Shown: one piece after another, positions 18,244 to 27,826 of the stretch
How positions within the stretch are numbered: position 1 is the stretch's first letter
Layout of the letters: every line of letters starts with the position of its first letter
NCBI GenBank assembly: GCA_023137595.1
Contig: JAGLOZ010000002.1
Span: 1 to 63,358 of the forward strand
From: Minisyncoccota bacterium
GTDB taxonomy: Bacteria > Patescibacteriota > Minisyncoccia > JAHIHE01 > JAGLIN01
DNA: 63,358 bases
Direction: 5' to 3'
Made by a program: the position numbers and the translations under genes
The notes under the pieces: model-generated
Told to the model about the DNA's origin: nothing
Seen by the model: only the letters and a program-made list of their open reading frames with translations
The model's database searches: none

Positions 18244-20214
18244 TTCCAAAACAGCTTTGATCCTTCTTACGCCAGCGCTTGAAGATTGTTCTTTCTTTAT
18301 TCTAAATTTTCCAAGCTCTGATGTGTTCTTGATGTGTGGACCACCGCAAATTTCTTTGCTGAAAATATCATCGTTTTTTCCAATGGTATAAACCTTCACC
18401 TTCTCTCCATATTTAGACTCAAACACTCCCATTGCGCCAATTTTTTTCGCTTCTTCCAAATTCATTTCCTCAAATGAAACCGGAAGCTTTTTTTGTATCT
18501 GCTCGCTCACCATTTCTTCAACTTTCTGTTTTTCTTCATCGGTCAATTTGTCGGCATGAGAATAATCAAATCTCAACCTTTCAGCAGTGATATTGCTCCC
18601 TTTTTGAAATACATGCTCGCCAAGAACTCTTCTTAATGATTCTAATAATAAATGCGCCGCCGTATGCAACCTTGTCGTTTCTTCACTCGCGTCCGCAAGC
18701 CCGCCCTTAAATTTCCCAGCTGAGGCTGTACGGGAGAGGGTTTGGTGTTTTTTGAACTCCTCGTTAAATTGTTTTTTAGTTTCTTCTAAATTAATCGGAT
18801 TACTTTTTTCTTTTACTAATTCAATGGTCATTTCTAGCGGGAGTCCAAAAGTAGAAAAAAAATAAAAAACATCCTCGCCACTTATAAATATATCATCTAT
18901 ATTACTCAGTCCTGCTTCTAAATTTCTTTGCTTATATAAATTTATCATCTCCTCAAATTCCTTCAACCCTTTTTTTATTGTCTTTTCAAACTTCTCCTCT
19001 TCCTTTTTGATCTCATCTAAGATTTTATCTTTATTATTCTCCAATTCAGGATAAAATTCTTTATAAATCTCTATCACAGTTTCAGCTAGCGGAAATAAAA
19101 ATCCATTTGGCATTTTCAACAAATTTCCATGCCTGATTGCGCGCCTTAACAATCTTCTCAAAATATATCCCCTATCTAAATTTGAAGGAAAAACTCCGTC
19201 TGAGATCATAAAGACTGAAGTTCTGATATGATCGGCAATAATTTTGATTGATTTTGTTTCCACATTGTCATTCTGAGCCGTAGGCGAAAGAATCCCGTCA
19301 TCAGACTCCTTGCATGTAGTTACGGGATTGCTTCGGGCTTCGCCCTCGCAATGACAATGTGACAAAGTCTTGACTTGAGCTACGATTGGAGCCAGTACAT
19401 CCGTTTCATAAACATTATCAAAGTCATTCAAAATAGCCAGAGTTCTCTCCATTCCCATCCCGGTATCAACGTTTTTTTGTCTTGATAAAACATATTTTCC
19501 TTCAGCCGTTTTATAATATTCCATAAATACATTATTCCAAATTTCAATATACCTTCCGCAATTGCATCCCGGTCTACAATTCTCAGCGTTAGGACAACTC
19601 TCAAAATTTACAGACTTTCCCAAGTCAATAAAAATCTCCGTATCAGGTCCGCACGGACCGGTCAATCCTGCCGGACCCCACCAATTATCCTCTTTTGGAA
19701 GAGGAAAGATCCTCGCATCTTCATTATTCTTTTTTTCTTTATCAAAAACTTCTGCGCTAACTCCAAGCTTTTCAAAACATTCTTGCCAGACCTTGACTGA
19801 CTCTTTGTCGCGCGGAGCGTCAACATCTCCCTCAAAAACCGTAACCTTGATCTTTTCTGGATCAATTCCAAGCCATTTTTCATCCGTTAGAAACTCCCAG
19901 CTCCAACGAATTGAATCATCTTTGAAATAATCTCCCAAAGACCAATTTCCAAGCATCTCAAAAAAAGTATTATGAGTGCTGTCGCCAACATCATCAATAT
20001 CCCCCGTCCTAACGCATTTTTGCACACTCACAAGCCTCTTTCCTTCGGAGTGCAATTCACCAAGCAAATATGGCACCAAAGGATGCATTCCGGCAGTCGT
20101 GAAAAGAACAGTCGGATCATTTTCCGGTACAAGCGAAGCCGAAGGAATCTCGCTATGTCCTCTTTCTTTAAAAAATTCAATATACTTTTTCCGCAATTCT
20201 TTGGAAGTGATCAT
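18241..20214 (-). CDS. alaS: alanyl-tRNA synthetase, short form (657 aa), carrying an in-frame repeat insertion
   Basis: FTTAGMHP, WNNVFMEY, DTGMGMER and HTAAHLL motifs. It lacks the usual C-terminal extension. Confidence 0.9.
   Translation of the reverse strand: MITSKELRKKYIEFFKERGHSEIPSASLVPENDPTVLFTTAGMHPLVPYLLGELHSEGKRLVSVQKCVRTGDIDDVGDSTHNTFFEMLGNWSLGDYFKDDSIRWSWEFLTDEKWLGIDPEKIKVTVFEGDVDAPRDKESVKVWQECFEKLGVSAEVFDKEKKNNEDARIFPLPKEDNWWGPAGLTGPCGPDTEIFIDLGKSVNFESCPNAENCRPGCNCGRYIEIWNNVFMEYYKTAEGKYVLSRQKNVDTGMGMERTLAILNDFDNVYETDVLAPIVAQVKTLSHCHCEGEARSNPVTTCKESDDGILSPTAQNDNVETKSIKIIADHIRTSVFMISDGVFPSNLDRGYILRRLLRRAIRHGNLLKMPNGFLFPLAETVIEIYKEFYPELENNKDKILDEIKKEEEKFEKTIKKGLKEFEEMINLYKQRNLEAGLSNIDDIFISGEDVFYFFSTFGLPLEMTIELVKEKSNPINLEETKKQFNEEFKKHQTLSRTASAGKFKGGLADASEETTRLHTAAHLLLESLRRVLGEHVFQKGSNITAERLRFDYSHADKLTDEEKQKVEEMVSEQIQKKLPVSFEEMNLEEAKKIGAMGVFESKYGEKVKVYTIGKNDDIFSKEICGGPHIKNTSELGKFRIKKEQSSSAGVRRIKAVLE
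19261..19361. repeat. palindromic repeat family C, copy embedded in frame in alaS
   Basis: Terminal inverted repeats (TIRs) CACATTGTCATTCTGAG / CTCGCAATGACAATGTG. The interior also pairs: aggcgaaagaatcccgt / acgggattgcttcg. Same tgtcattgcgag...cgaagcaatc family as 48395-48534. It translates as SHCHCEGEARSNPVTTCKESDDGILSPTAQNDNV. Confidence 0.8.
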
Positions 20215-20239
20215 TTAGTTAATTATTATTTAGTTATCA

Positions 20240-20269
20240 GTGACGAGCACCTTTTTCGGTGCTCGTCAC
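20240..20269. terminator. perfect 12-bp hairpin GTGACGAGCACC-tttttc-GGTGCTCGTCAC
   Basis: Lies between the antiporter stop and the alaS start. A T-run follows on the plus strand only. Confidence 0.4.
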
Positions 20270-20348
20270 CTGTTTTTATTATTATATCTCAAATAAATAA
20301 AAAAATAAAGGACTATGCCCTTATTTTTTTGATACTCAATATTAAACA

Positions 20349-21668
20349 CTAAACACTCTCTACTGCTTTATCTTTCCTCGCTATGCTCCATTTCAAAAGC
20401 GGCGGAGTTACAAGAGTGGTAAGAATTACCATAATAACAATTGCGCCAAAAAGCGAATCATCTAAAACACCAAGTTCTTTTCCGATTCCGGCAAAAATAA
20501 GCCCCACTTCCCCCCTCGAGATCATTCCAATTCCAACTGTCAATTTACTTGCTCCTGGACATTTTACACCAAGTCCGCAAGCTTGTTTTCCAATAATAGA
20601 AACTGCTGTAATACCAAGAGCGATTATAATTATTTTTGGATCTAAAAATGCGTCTAATTTGACCTGAATTCCCATTAAAACAAAAAAGATAGGAACAAAA
20701 ATGCAATAGAGAGGCTTTACTAAAACTTCTATGTGATGCTCTTTTTTGTTTTTAAAAGACACATCGTCTAAAACCAAACCTGCCGCAAAAGCGCCAACAA
20801 TCGTCGCAAGACCCATTAGGTCTGCCATATAAGACATTACAAAAAGAAAAAGAAATGCTGTAACAATTTTCATGCCTTCTACTTTCATTCCTGAAACCCA
20901 TTTACCGATAAGCGGAGCAGCTTTGAGTCCGATTAAAATTGAACCAATCAAAAACACAACCGAAGTTAAACTTATAGTTACAATTGATGTGGCGCTTACG
21001 GTGCCTGAAATGACGATCCCGCTTACAATTGAAAGGATGATAAGACCCAGAACATCATCAATAACCGCAGCTCCAAGAATGATTTTAGCTTCCGGAGTTC
21101 TCAGCTTATCAAGGTCTTTTAACACTCTTGCAGTTATTCCAACTGAAGTAGCAGTTAAAGTCGCGCCAATAAAAAGATGAGCATTAAATCCGGCTTCAGG
21201 AATTATCCAACTGCTTACATAATATCCCAACACCATTGGCACTACAACGCCTACTATAGCAACTAAAAATGATGAAATTCCCACTTTCATCATATCTTTT
21301 ATATTTGATTCTAGCCCAACTTGAAAAAGAAGGATCATAACTCCAAGACGCGCCATAATGTCAATTGCCTCTGCTTCAACAAGATAACTAAAAGAAAAAG
21401 CGCCTCCGCTTAAAAGGGCTAAATTTCCTATCATAATTCCAAAAATCAGTTCTCCTAACACTGCCGGCTGATTCATTTTTTCAAAAAGTTCTCCTCCTAC
21501 TTTGGCAGCCAATAAAATAATAATTAGTCCGAACAACACAGGAGCTATCGGATCGGAATGCCCTGAGCTGGCTGCATGTTCAACTTCAGAGCTTGCATAA
21601 GAGATAAAAGGAGACATTACTAACAAAGCAATTAAACCGTACGACAAAAACTTTTTTGTGATTTTCAT
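20349..21668 (-). CDS. cation:proton antiporter (CPA2 / Na+-H+ exchanger family)
   Basis: About 12 TM helices, with GELIFGIMIGN and IGMISRGEVGLI motifs. Confidence 0.8.
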   Translation of the reverse strand: MKITKKFLSYGLIALLVMSPFISYASSEVEHAASSGHSDPIAPVLFGLIIILLAAKVGGELFEKMNQPAVLGELIFGIMIGNLALLSGGAFSFSYLVEAEAIDIMARLGVMILLFQVGLESNIKDMMKVGISSFLVAIVGVVVPMVLGYYVSSWIIPEAGFNAHLFIGATLTATSVGITARVLKDLDKLRTPEAKIILGAAVIDDVLGLIILSIVSGIVISGTVSATSIVTISLTSVVFLIGSILIGLKAAPLIGKWVSGMKVEGMKIVTAFLFLFVMSYMADLMGLATIVGAFAAGLVLDDVSFKNKKEHHIEVLVKPLYCIFVPIFFVLMGIQVKLDAFLDPKIIIIALGITAVSIIGKQACGLGVKCPGASKLTVGIGMISRGEVGLIFAGIGKELGVLDDSLFGAIVIMVILTTLVTPPLLKWSIARKDKAVESV

Positions 21669-21761
21669 TTTTCTAATTAATTTTTAAAACATAAGATTTA
21701 TGATACTACTTTTATTTTGCTTGTCAAGGGTGGAAAATTTTAGACATAAAAATAAAAAGGG

Positions 21762-22013
21762 TTACTTGATAAGTCCCTTTAAATATTCAATAATTCTTGC
21801 TAGTTTACGCTTTATACTTTTGTTTTCAAGCAATTCTATTCTTTTTAAAAGATCTTTATTTTGTTTTTGCAATTGATCAATACGCTCCTTGTTGCTATCA
21901 TTCTTTGTGATAATAGCTTCAAGAATCTCTTTTAAAAATTCTGGAATTTGTCTTGAACAATTTGTGCTTTCAGGCACTATTCCATTTTCAAACATAAACT
22001 CCTCTAAAGTCAT
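21762..22013 (-). CDS. hypothetical coiled-coil protein (83 aa)
   Basis: Start moved to ATG 22013, because the GGAGG SD directly abuts the first ATG and sits 6 nt from the second. Confidence 0.45.
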   Translation of the reverse strand: MTLEEFMFENGIVPESTNCSRQIPEFLKEILEAIITKNDSNKERIDQLQKQNKDLLKRIELLENKSIKRKLARIIEYLKGLIK

Positions 22014-22066
22014 AATCATCCTCCATATGCTTGAAAATTATCAGTTTTGACTGTTTATATCAATCT

Positions 22067-23023
22067 TTATTCCTCTTTATTCATATTTCGATTTTTTAAT
22101 AAATATGCAGGGAACAAATACAGTAAAGTATGAGCGACAAAAACAAAGACAGAAATAAAAACAAGAACTGGAAGCTGCTTATAAATTTCTTCCATAAAGA
22201 TAATCGCCAAGAAGAAAAAGTGAAGGAAAATTAATATCAAATAAGGTAAAAGATCAACTTCAGCAGATATCCTATTCCTGTTTTTATAAAGTTCTTTTAT
22301 TAGATACAAAACAAGCAAAAAAACCATGCCGAATAGAATGTATGCTTTCGCGCTTTGGACTTCAGGATAATAAGCATAACTATAATCATGCTTATTATAA
22401 AGAGCCATAACTTCATTCAGCGTAAATTTTCCAGAAACAACAGCTGACAAAACAGTATAGCTAATTATTTGAAAAGCCAGTAAAAATGGTGAAATGATCA
22501 CAGAGGAATATTTTATTGCTTTAGACAATTTTTTGCTCAAAAAATTCTGCCTGCTTAGATTTATAAAAAATGAAAATGTCCAGATAACCGCCAGCCAGCC
22601 AAAAAGATTGTCATAAGGAACTCCAAACCATTCCTCGTTGAACGGGATTTGCCAACTCCAAAATCCAAGGCGTATGGCGACAACATCAACAACAAGATCA
22701 ATGCTCAGAGCTATCAAGGACATAAATAGCGGAATTTGCCACCATTTCAGATCATAATTTTGCGCGCTTTTATGTGAAATATAATAAATGACAGCCCATC
22801 CCAGGCCGATGGCAAGCGGCACATTATAGATCTGAACCATAAATTCTTTTCCATAAGAATATAGCCCCGACATATGAACATTAAGAACTTCTAATATAAT
22901 TCCATATAAAACAGCGAGTATCAGAGTTTCCAAAAGATCTCTGTTTTTTCGCTCCTCAAAAAGTATAGCTAAAATCGCGAATATTGCGCCAAATTCAAAG
23001 ATGTAAAAATAGAAATCATTCAT
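22067..23023 (-). CDS. polytopic membrane protein, function unknown
   Basis: ORF track. 8-9 TM helices. A family D palindrome lies 74-115 nt upstream. Confidence 0.55.
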   Translation of the reverse strand: MNDFYFYIFEFGAIFAILAILFEERKNRDLLETLILAVLYGIILEVLNVHMSGLYSYGKEFMVQIYNVPLAIGLGWAVIYYISHKSAQNYDLKWWQIPLFMSLIALSIDLVVDVVAIRLGFWSWQIPFNEEWFGVPYDNLFGWLAVIWTFSFFINLSRQNFLSKKLSKAIKYSSVIISPFLLAFQIISYTVLSAVVSGKFTLNEVMALYNKHDYSYAYYPEVQSAKAYILFGMVFLLVLYLIKELYKNRNRISAEVDLLPYLILIFLHFFFLAIIFMEEIYKQLPVLVFISVFVFVAHTLLYLFPAYLLKNRNMNKEE

Positions 23024-23096
23024 GTTTATAAATTGTTTTTCCTCTTTTAAAAGAAGATGATCTTAAGTTCAAATATTAAAATTCCTTATTAATAAG

Positions 23097-23138
23097 TTAT
23101 AGCCTCTTTCCATGCGGCCGCATGGAAAGACACTATAA
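23097..23138. repeat. family D palindrome (core TCTTTCCATGCGGCCGCATGGAAAGA)
   Basis: Perfect 26-bp palindrome centred on GCGGCCGC, with TTATAG/CTATAA outer arms. Same core as 40070-40117 and 40699-40752. Confidence 0.8.
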
Positions 23139-23171
23139 AAAATAAAGACGATATTGTGATACTAATTATTA

Positions 23172-24266
23172 TTATATTATAACTCCCCCTCCTAAAATTT
23201 CGCTTCCCTTGCAAAAAACAACTGACTGACCGGACGTAATTGCGCGCTGTGGTTTGGAAAATTTCACAATATATTTACCTTTAATTTTATCAACAACAGC
23301 AGACTCTTCGTTCATTCTGTATCTGGCTTTTGCTTTTATTCCAAGAGGAAGTTTGGGAACGCTTCCGGAAATCCAATTTATTTTTTTCGCGATAAGCTCT
23401 TTTGAAAATAAATTTTTATCATTTTTATTGTTGCTTACGACAAGCTGATTTTTTTTGCGATTCAAGTTAATTACATAATATGGTCCTGTTCCGCCAATAC
23501 CAATGTCTCTTCGCTGGCCAATCGTATAAAGCGGCAATCCCTTGTGCTCTCCTAAAATATTATTATTTTCATCAACTATTTTTCCATGAACTAATTTTAA
23601 ATATTTTCTCAAAAAATCTCCGTAATACTTATCCTGAATAAAACAAATTTCCTGGCTCTCCTTTTGGAATTTACCCTTTAGGGTTTCATTTTTATCATAA
23701 ATTCCCAGCTTATATTCCTCCGCGATTTCTCTAACTTCATCTTTTGTATATTCCCCCAACGGAAACAAACAATGCTTTAACTTTTTCTGTGTTAAAGTAT
23801 ACAAAAAATACGACTGGTCTTTATTTTTGTCTTTTGCCTTTAGTAATTTATACCTAGTTTTTAGTTTTAAGTTTTTAGTTTTTATTTTTTTTACATAGTG
23901 TCCCGTCGCAATATGATCCGCTCCCATTTCCAAAGCTTTATCAAGCAAAATTCCAAATTTAATTTCCTTATTGCACATCACACACGGATTTGGCGTTCTT
24001 CCCTTTTCATATTCAGAAATAAAATAGCTGATTATTTCTTTCCTAAACTCTTTGCTTAAATTCACAGCATGAAACTTAATCCCTATTTTTTTCGCCACCG
24101 CCCGCGCATATTTTTCAGACTCATTATCTCCCGCAATTCCCAAACGCATAAAAATTCCTTCTACCTTATAGCCTTGTTCTTTCAATAAAACAGCCGCAAC
24201 CGAAGAATCAACTCCACCTGACATGGCAACAACCGCTTTTTTGTTTTCAGGAATTATCATTGACAT
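23172..24266 (-). CDS. mnmA: tRNA-specific 2-thiouridylase
   Basis: VAMSGGVDSSVAA PP-loop motif. Length and C-terminal domains are typical. Confidence 0.9.
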   Translation of the reverse strand: MSMIIPENKKAVVAMSGGVDSSVAAVLLKEQGYKVEGIFMRLGIAGDNESEKYARAVAKKIGIKFHAVNLSKEFRKEIISYFISEYEKGRTPNPCVMCNKEIKFGILLDKALEMGADHIATGHYVKKIKTKNLKLKTRYKLLKAKDKNKDQSYFLYTLTQKKLKHCLFPLGEYTKDEVREIAEEYKLGIYDKNETLKGKFQKESQEICFIQDKYYGDFLRKYLKLVHGKIVDENNNILGEHKGLPLYTIGQRRDIGIGGTGPYYVINLNRKKNQLVVSNNKNDKNLFSKELIAKKINWISGSVPKLPLGIKAKARYRMNEESAVVDKIKGKYIVKFSKPQRAITSGQSVVFCKGSEILGGGVII

Positions 24267-24314
24267 ATTATTGCTTTGTGTTACATTTTAAACAAATAAG
24301 GAGATGATAGTTTT

Positions 24315-24656
24315 ATGAAAATAACCATTGAAAAGGTAGAACCTCGGCACGAAATAGAATTAAAAAATGCTCTGATAAAAAAAGGGAAATTATATATTGA
24401 TAAAGATAAAGAAGTTGAATGGACAGAATTTATCAGTAGTCCTAAGCTTCGTGGCCTTGATTTATTGTCTGCAGAATTAGCATTAAAAGTTATAAAACTT
24501 TTAGAAAGCGGGGAAAGCCCAGAAGAAGCAGACAAGGTATTAGAAGAAGAAGACACTACTGGTGCATTTAATTATATAGTCGCACAAATAGTAATAAAAT
24601 ACAGCTCAAGAGGAGAGGAATTTAAAATATTCCAAAAACAAAAAGGCTATTTATAA
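24315..24656 (+). CDS. hypothetical protein (113 aa)
   Basis: AAGGAGATGA SD 7 nt upstream of the ATG. The overlapping minus-strand ORF 24281-24556 is low-complexity. Confidence 0.5.
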   Translation: MKITIEKVEPRHEIELKNALIKKGKLYIDKDKEVEWTEFISSPKLRGLDLLSAELALKVIKLLESGESPEEADKVLEEEDTTGAFNYIVAQIVIKYSSRGEEFKIFQKQKGYL

Positions 24657-24705
24657 AGATAATAAATATTTTCAAATATTAATTATCTTTTTTTTATTAT
24701 TACAT

Positions 24706-25083
24706 CTAATTATAAAGACTGCCTAATGCTTTATCCTTCTTAAATCTATCAATATTCTTCGTCACCTGCTTATAAAACTCCGGATAATGAATTCTGTTTA
24801 TCCAGCGGAATTTGTGAAATTGCCGATACGGTTTTTTTTGATGATGCGCAAGTTCATGCGCGATAACAGCAAGAATACTGCTGTATTTTTTTGGTTTTTT
24901 CAATTTCTGCGTATAGATATCAACTACCACTAATTTTGATTTTAAGTTAGTATAACCAAGCTTGTAATTTTTCACATACCCATCCCCCGCTCTGATCACT
25001 TTTGGCTTAAACGAAAAATCTTTGAGCTTTAAAGCTCTACAAGCCTCTTTGAAAATTTCTTCGCAATTTTGTTCGTGATTCAT
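24706..25083 (-). CDS. putative zinc metallopeptidase (HExxH; SprT/YgjP-like)
   Basis: VIAHELAHH motif. Confidence 0.55.
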   Translation of the reverse strand: MNHEQNCEEIFKEACRALKLKDFSFKPKVIRAGDGYVKNYKLGYTNLKSKLVVVDIYTQKLKKPKKYSSILAVIAHELAHHQKKPYRQFHKFRWINRIHYPEFYKQVTKNIDRFKKDKALGSLYN

Positions 25084-25095
25084 AATTCCTGATTC

Positions 25096-26988
25096 TTAGT
25101 TCATAATTCTATCTCCAAAATACCAATCCAGCACCTCTTTTGCCACAGGAACCGCCGCCGCATGCCCTTCTCCTCCTCCTTCGATTATTACTGCCAGAGC
25201 GATCTCTGGATCATCATAAGGAGCATACGCGATATACCAAGCGTGTGTTTTTTGATTTCCGAAATATTGCGCGGTTCCTGTTTTACCGGCAACTTCTATC
25301 GGCAGATTACGCAGCGCTATTCCCGAACCGGATATAACATTTTCCCTCATTCCTTTCTGAACCCACTTTATATTCTCCAAATCCACAAAACCCTCTTTTA
25401 TTATCTTTGGATCTATATCTTCAATTATCTTGCCGTCAGAATCTATGATTTTATCAACTATTTGCGGCTGGAATAATTTTCCTCCATTTGCGATCACGGC
25501 GGTATAATTTGCGATCTGAAGAGGAGTTGCTAGAACATCTCCTTGCCCTATGGAAACATGATAGGTATCGCCTATATACCATTTTTCATTTTTCGTCTCT
25601 TCTTTCCATTTCTTATCAGGAGTAAGTCCTTTTATTTCTCCCGGTATGTCAATTCCTGAAATATTTCCAAGTCCGAAAAGATTTGCATATTTTTTTATCC
25701 TATCAATCCCCAATCCTTCTATATTTCCATGCCCTCCGCCCACTGTATAAAAATATACATTACAAGATTGCGCAATAGCCTTTTTTAGGTCAACCAAACC
25801 GTGCACTTTCCAATCTGGATAACTGTACGAACCGACATATATCGCTCCGCTAGCGAATATTTTGCGCTGAGGACTTATAATTCCTTCTTGCAGAGCCGCT
25901 ACTCCTATCAAGGGCTTAAAGGTTGACCCGGGCGGATATTGTCCGGCAATCGCTTTATTCAGAAGAGGGTTGGTCTTGTCAGCAAGCAATTTGTTATAAT
26001 CGTCGCTACTTATTCCTTTTGCGAATAAATTGTTATCGTAAGAAGGAAAATTAACAAGAGCAAGAACTGCGCCATTTTTTGGATTAATCGCAACAACAGA
26101 TGCTCCCGCTTCAGTTTCCAACCTTTCTATTATCTTCTCTAATTCGTCGTATATTTTTTTCTGTAGTTCTATATCTACATTTAAAATTAAATTATTACCG
26201 GAAACAGGAGCTTCTTTATTTATTGTTCTTGTCTTTTCTCCAAAAGAATCTACTTCAATTTCTTCTTTGCCATATTCTCCTCTGAGCTGTTTCTCGTAAA
26301 AAAGTTCAAGTCCATCTTTCCCTATTGTATCCGTTAAAAGATAGCCAGAATTAACATTCAATTCTTTTTCGTTTATTCTTCCGCTATAGCCTATAATATT
26401 TGAAATATATTTACTATCAATATAATTCCGTATAGCGTTTTTTTCCAGTTTAACTCCGTCTATTTTTTTTATTTCTTCCTCCAATATCAACGCCTCATCT
26501 TTTTCTATATTTTCCAAAATTAAAAAAGATTGATGCGAAAATCTATCCGCTTTATTGATTTTCTCCGTTAAGTCGTCTTCTTTCATTTCAATTATCAGAG
26601 AAAGTTTTTTTATCTTTTCTTTGATTCTATCTTTATCTTTTAGAAAATCATACGGAATAATTACAAGATCAAAAATAGGCACATTAAAAACAATTTGCTT
26701 ATTATTTCGATCATAAATTATTCCTCTTGGAGATTTTACAGCAACAACTCTTTTGTAATTGTTTTCTGAAATCTCCGTATAATGTCCGCCTTTTATTATC
26801 TGCAAATAAGCTGATTGAAGAACAAGCGCTAAAAGAACGAGGAAAAATAATTTCTTAACTGTTTTTATGTTTTTAACGCCCAGAGGGATCTCTAAATTAC
26901 TATCTTTTCTTGCTACAGAATCCAAAAAAAACTCTTCCAGCTCAAGAGATTCTTTATTCTTATTTTTTATAAAATGTTTATTTTTCAT
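25096..26988 (-). CDS. mrdA: penicillin-binding protein 2 (elongasome transpeptidase)
   Basis: PGSTFKP, SCNVYF and KTGTA motifs. Lies downstream of mreBCD. Confidence 0.85.
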   Translation of the reverse strand: MKNKHFIKNKNKESLELEEFFLDSVARKDSNLEIPLGVKNIKTVKKLFFLVLLALVLQSAYLQIIKGGHYTEISENNYKRVVAVKSPRGIIYDRNNKQIVFNVPIFDLVIIPYDFLKDKDRIKEKIKKLSLIIEMKEDDLTEKINKADRFSHQSFLILENIEKDEALILEEEIKKIDGVKLEKNAIRNYIDSKYISNIIGYSGRINEKELNVNSGYLLTDTIGKDGLELFYEKQLRGEYGKEEIEVDSFGEKTRTINKEAPVSGNNLILNVDIELQKKIYDELEKIIERLETEAGASVVAINPKNGAVLALVNFPSYDNNLFAKGISSDDYNKLLADKTNPLLNKAIAGQYPPGSTFKPLIGVAALQEGIISPQRKIFASGAIYVGSYSYPDWKVHGLVDLKKAIAQSCNVYFYTVGGGHGNIEGLGIDRIKKYANLFGLGNISGIDIPGEIKGLTPDKKWKEETKNEKWYIGDTYHVSIGQGDVLATPLQIANYTAVIANGGKLFQPQIVDKIIDSDGKIIEDIDPKIIKEGFVDLENIKWVQKGMRENVISGSGIALRNLPIEVAGKTGTAQYFGNQKTHAWYIAYAPYDDPEIALAVIIEGGGEGHAAAVPVAKEVLDWYFGDRIMN

Positions 26989-27000
26989 TTACTTAAGATT

Positions 27001-27306
27001 ATGCGAAATTTAACCCTAACATAACTTCTTCACTTTAACTCGCCTGCAAAAATTTGTCATCCTGAATTTATTTCAGGATCTTTGTTGTTTTAGGTTTTAA
27101 CTTATTACTATTCAACACTATACTTTCATCTACAATACAAATACAATTATCTTTCTATAATAACACAACCATTGTATTTTTAATTTATTCAAGAGTTCTG
27201 TGATTTATGGATTTTATTAAATGTAAAAGAAAATAGATCCTGAAACAAATTCAGGATGACAAACAGCAAAAGTTTTTGTTATTGATACATAGTTAAATTG
27301 CACATA
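27001..27306. mobile_element. MITE-like element, family A
   Basis: Inner TIRs tgtcatcctgaatttatttcaggatc / gatcctgaaacaaattcaggatgaca (27055-27261). Outer TIRs atgcgaaatttaaccct / tagttaaattgcacat. The conserved interior is aacactatactttcat.tacaa...tgatttatgga. Confidence 0.75.
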
Positions 27307-27311
27307 AGACG

Positions 27312-27815
27312 CTAATTACAAGTCTTGCGAGAAAGAATGTGAGCCAGAGGATAAATTAAAATTACTGTATAAATTATCTGAAAAACAATTATAAGCAAAA
27401 ATTGTTTTAAATTGAAAAAAATTTGCCCAAAATCACCAATACTAATTAAAAAAATGTATGTGGTATTATAAATCAAGATAGCTAAAGAAGCTACCAAGAA
27501 TAAATTATATGAAAACAGTTCTTTGAGAAAATAATAATTCAAGTATGACGAAATAAAGATCGTAAAAAGAATACTGATAATGATCAGGCCGAAATAATTT
27601 CCTGAAAATATATCCAAAACGAATCCAGTTACAAAAGCGGCATAAAATATATTTATAGATCTATTATCTAGCGCTGAAACAGCCAGCAATAATGCAAGAA
27701 CAATATTCGGAATATAATTGTCAAAAAAAAGTTGCGGGATAAAAGTAACTTGCAAAAATAAAAACACAAGAAAAAGCGATATAAATGTCCAATTTTTTAT
27801 TTTTCCGTTGATCAT
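27312..27815 (-). CDS. mreD: rod shape-determining protein MreD
   Basis: Five-TM small protein positioned between mreC and mrdA. Confidence 0.7.
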   Translation of the reverse strand: MINGKIKNWTFISLFLVFLFLQVTFIPQLFFDNYIPNIVLALLLAVSALDNRSINIFYAAFVTGFVLDIFSGNYFGLIIISILFTIFISSYLNYYFLKELFSYNLFLVASLAILIYNTTYIFLISIGDFGQIFFNLKQFLLIIVFQIIYTVILIYPLAHILSRKTCN

Positions 27816-27826
27816 ATCTACAACCT

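Noticed and set aside
24281-24556. 91-aa minus-strand ORF overlapping 24315-24656.
   Set aside because: Its translation is Ser-rich and low-complexity with no SD. The plus-strand ORF has an AAGGAGA SD and balanced composition.
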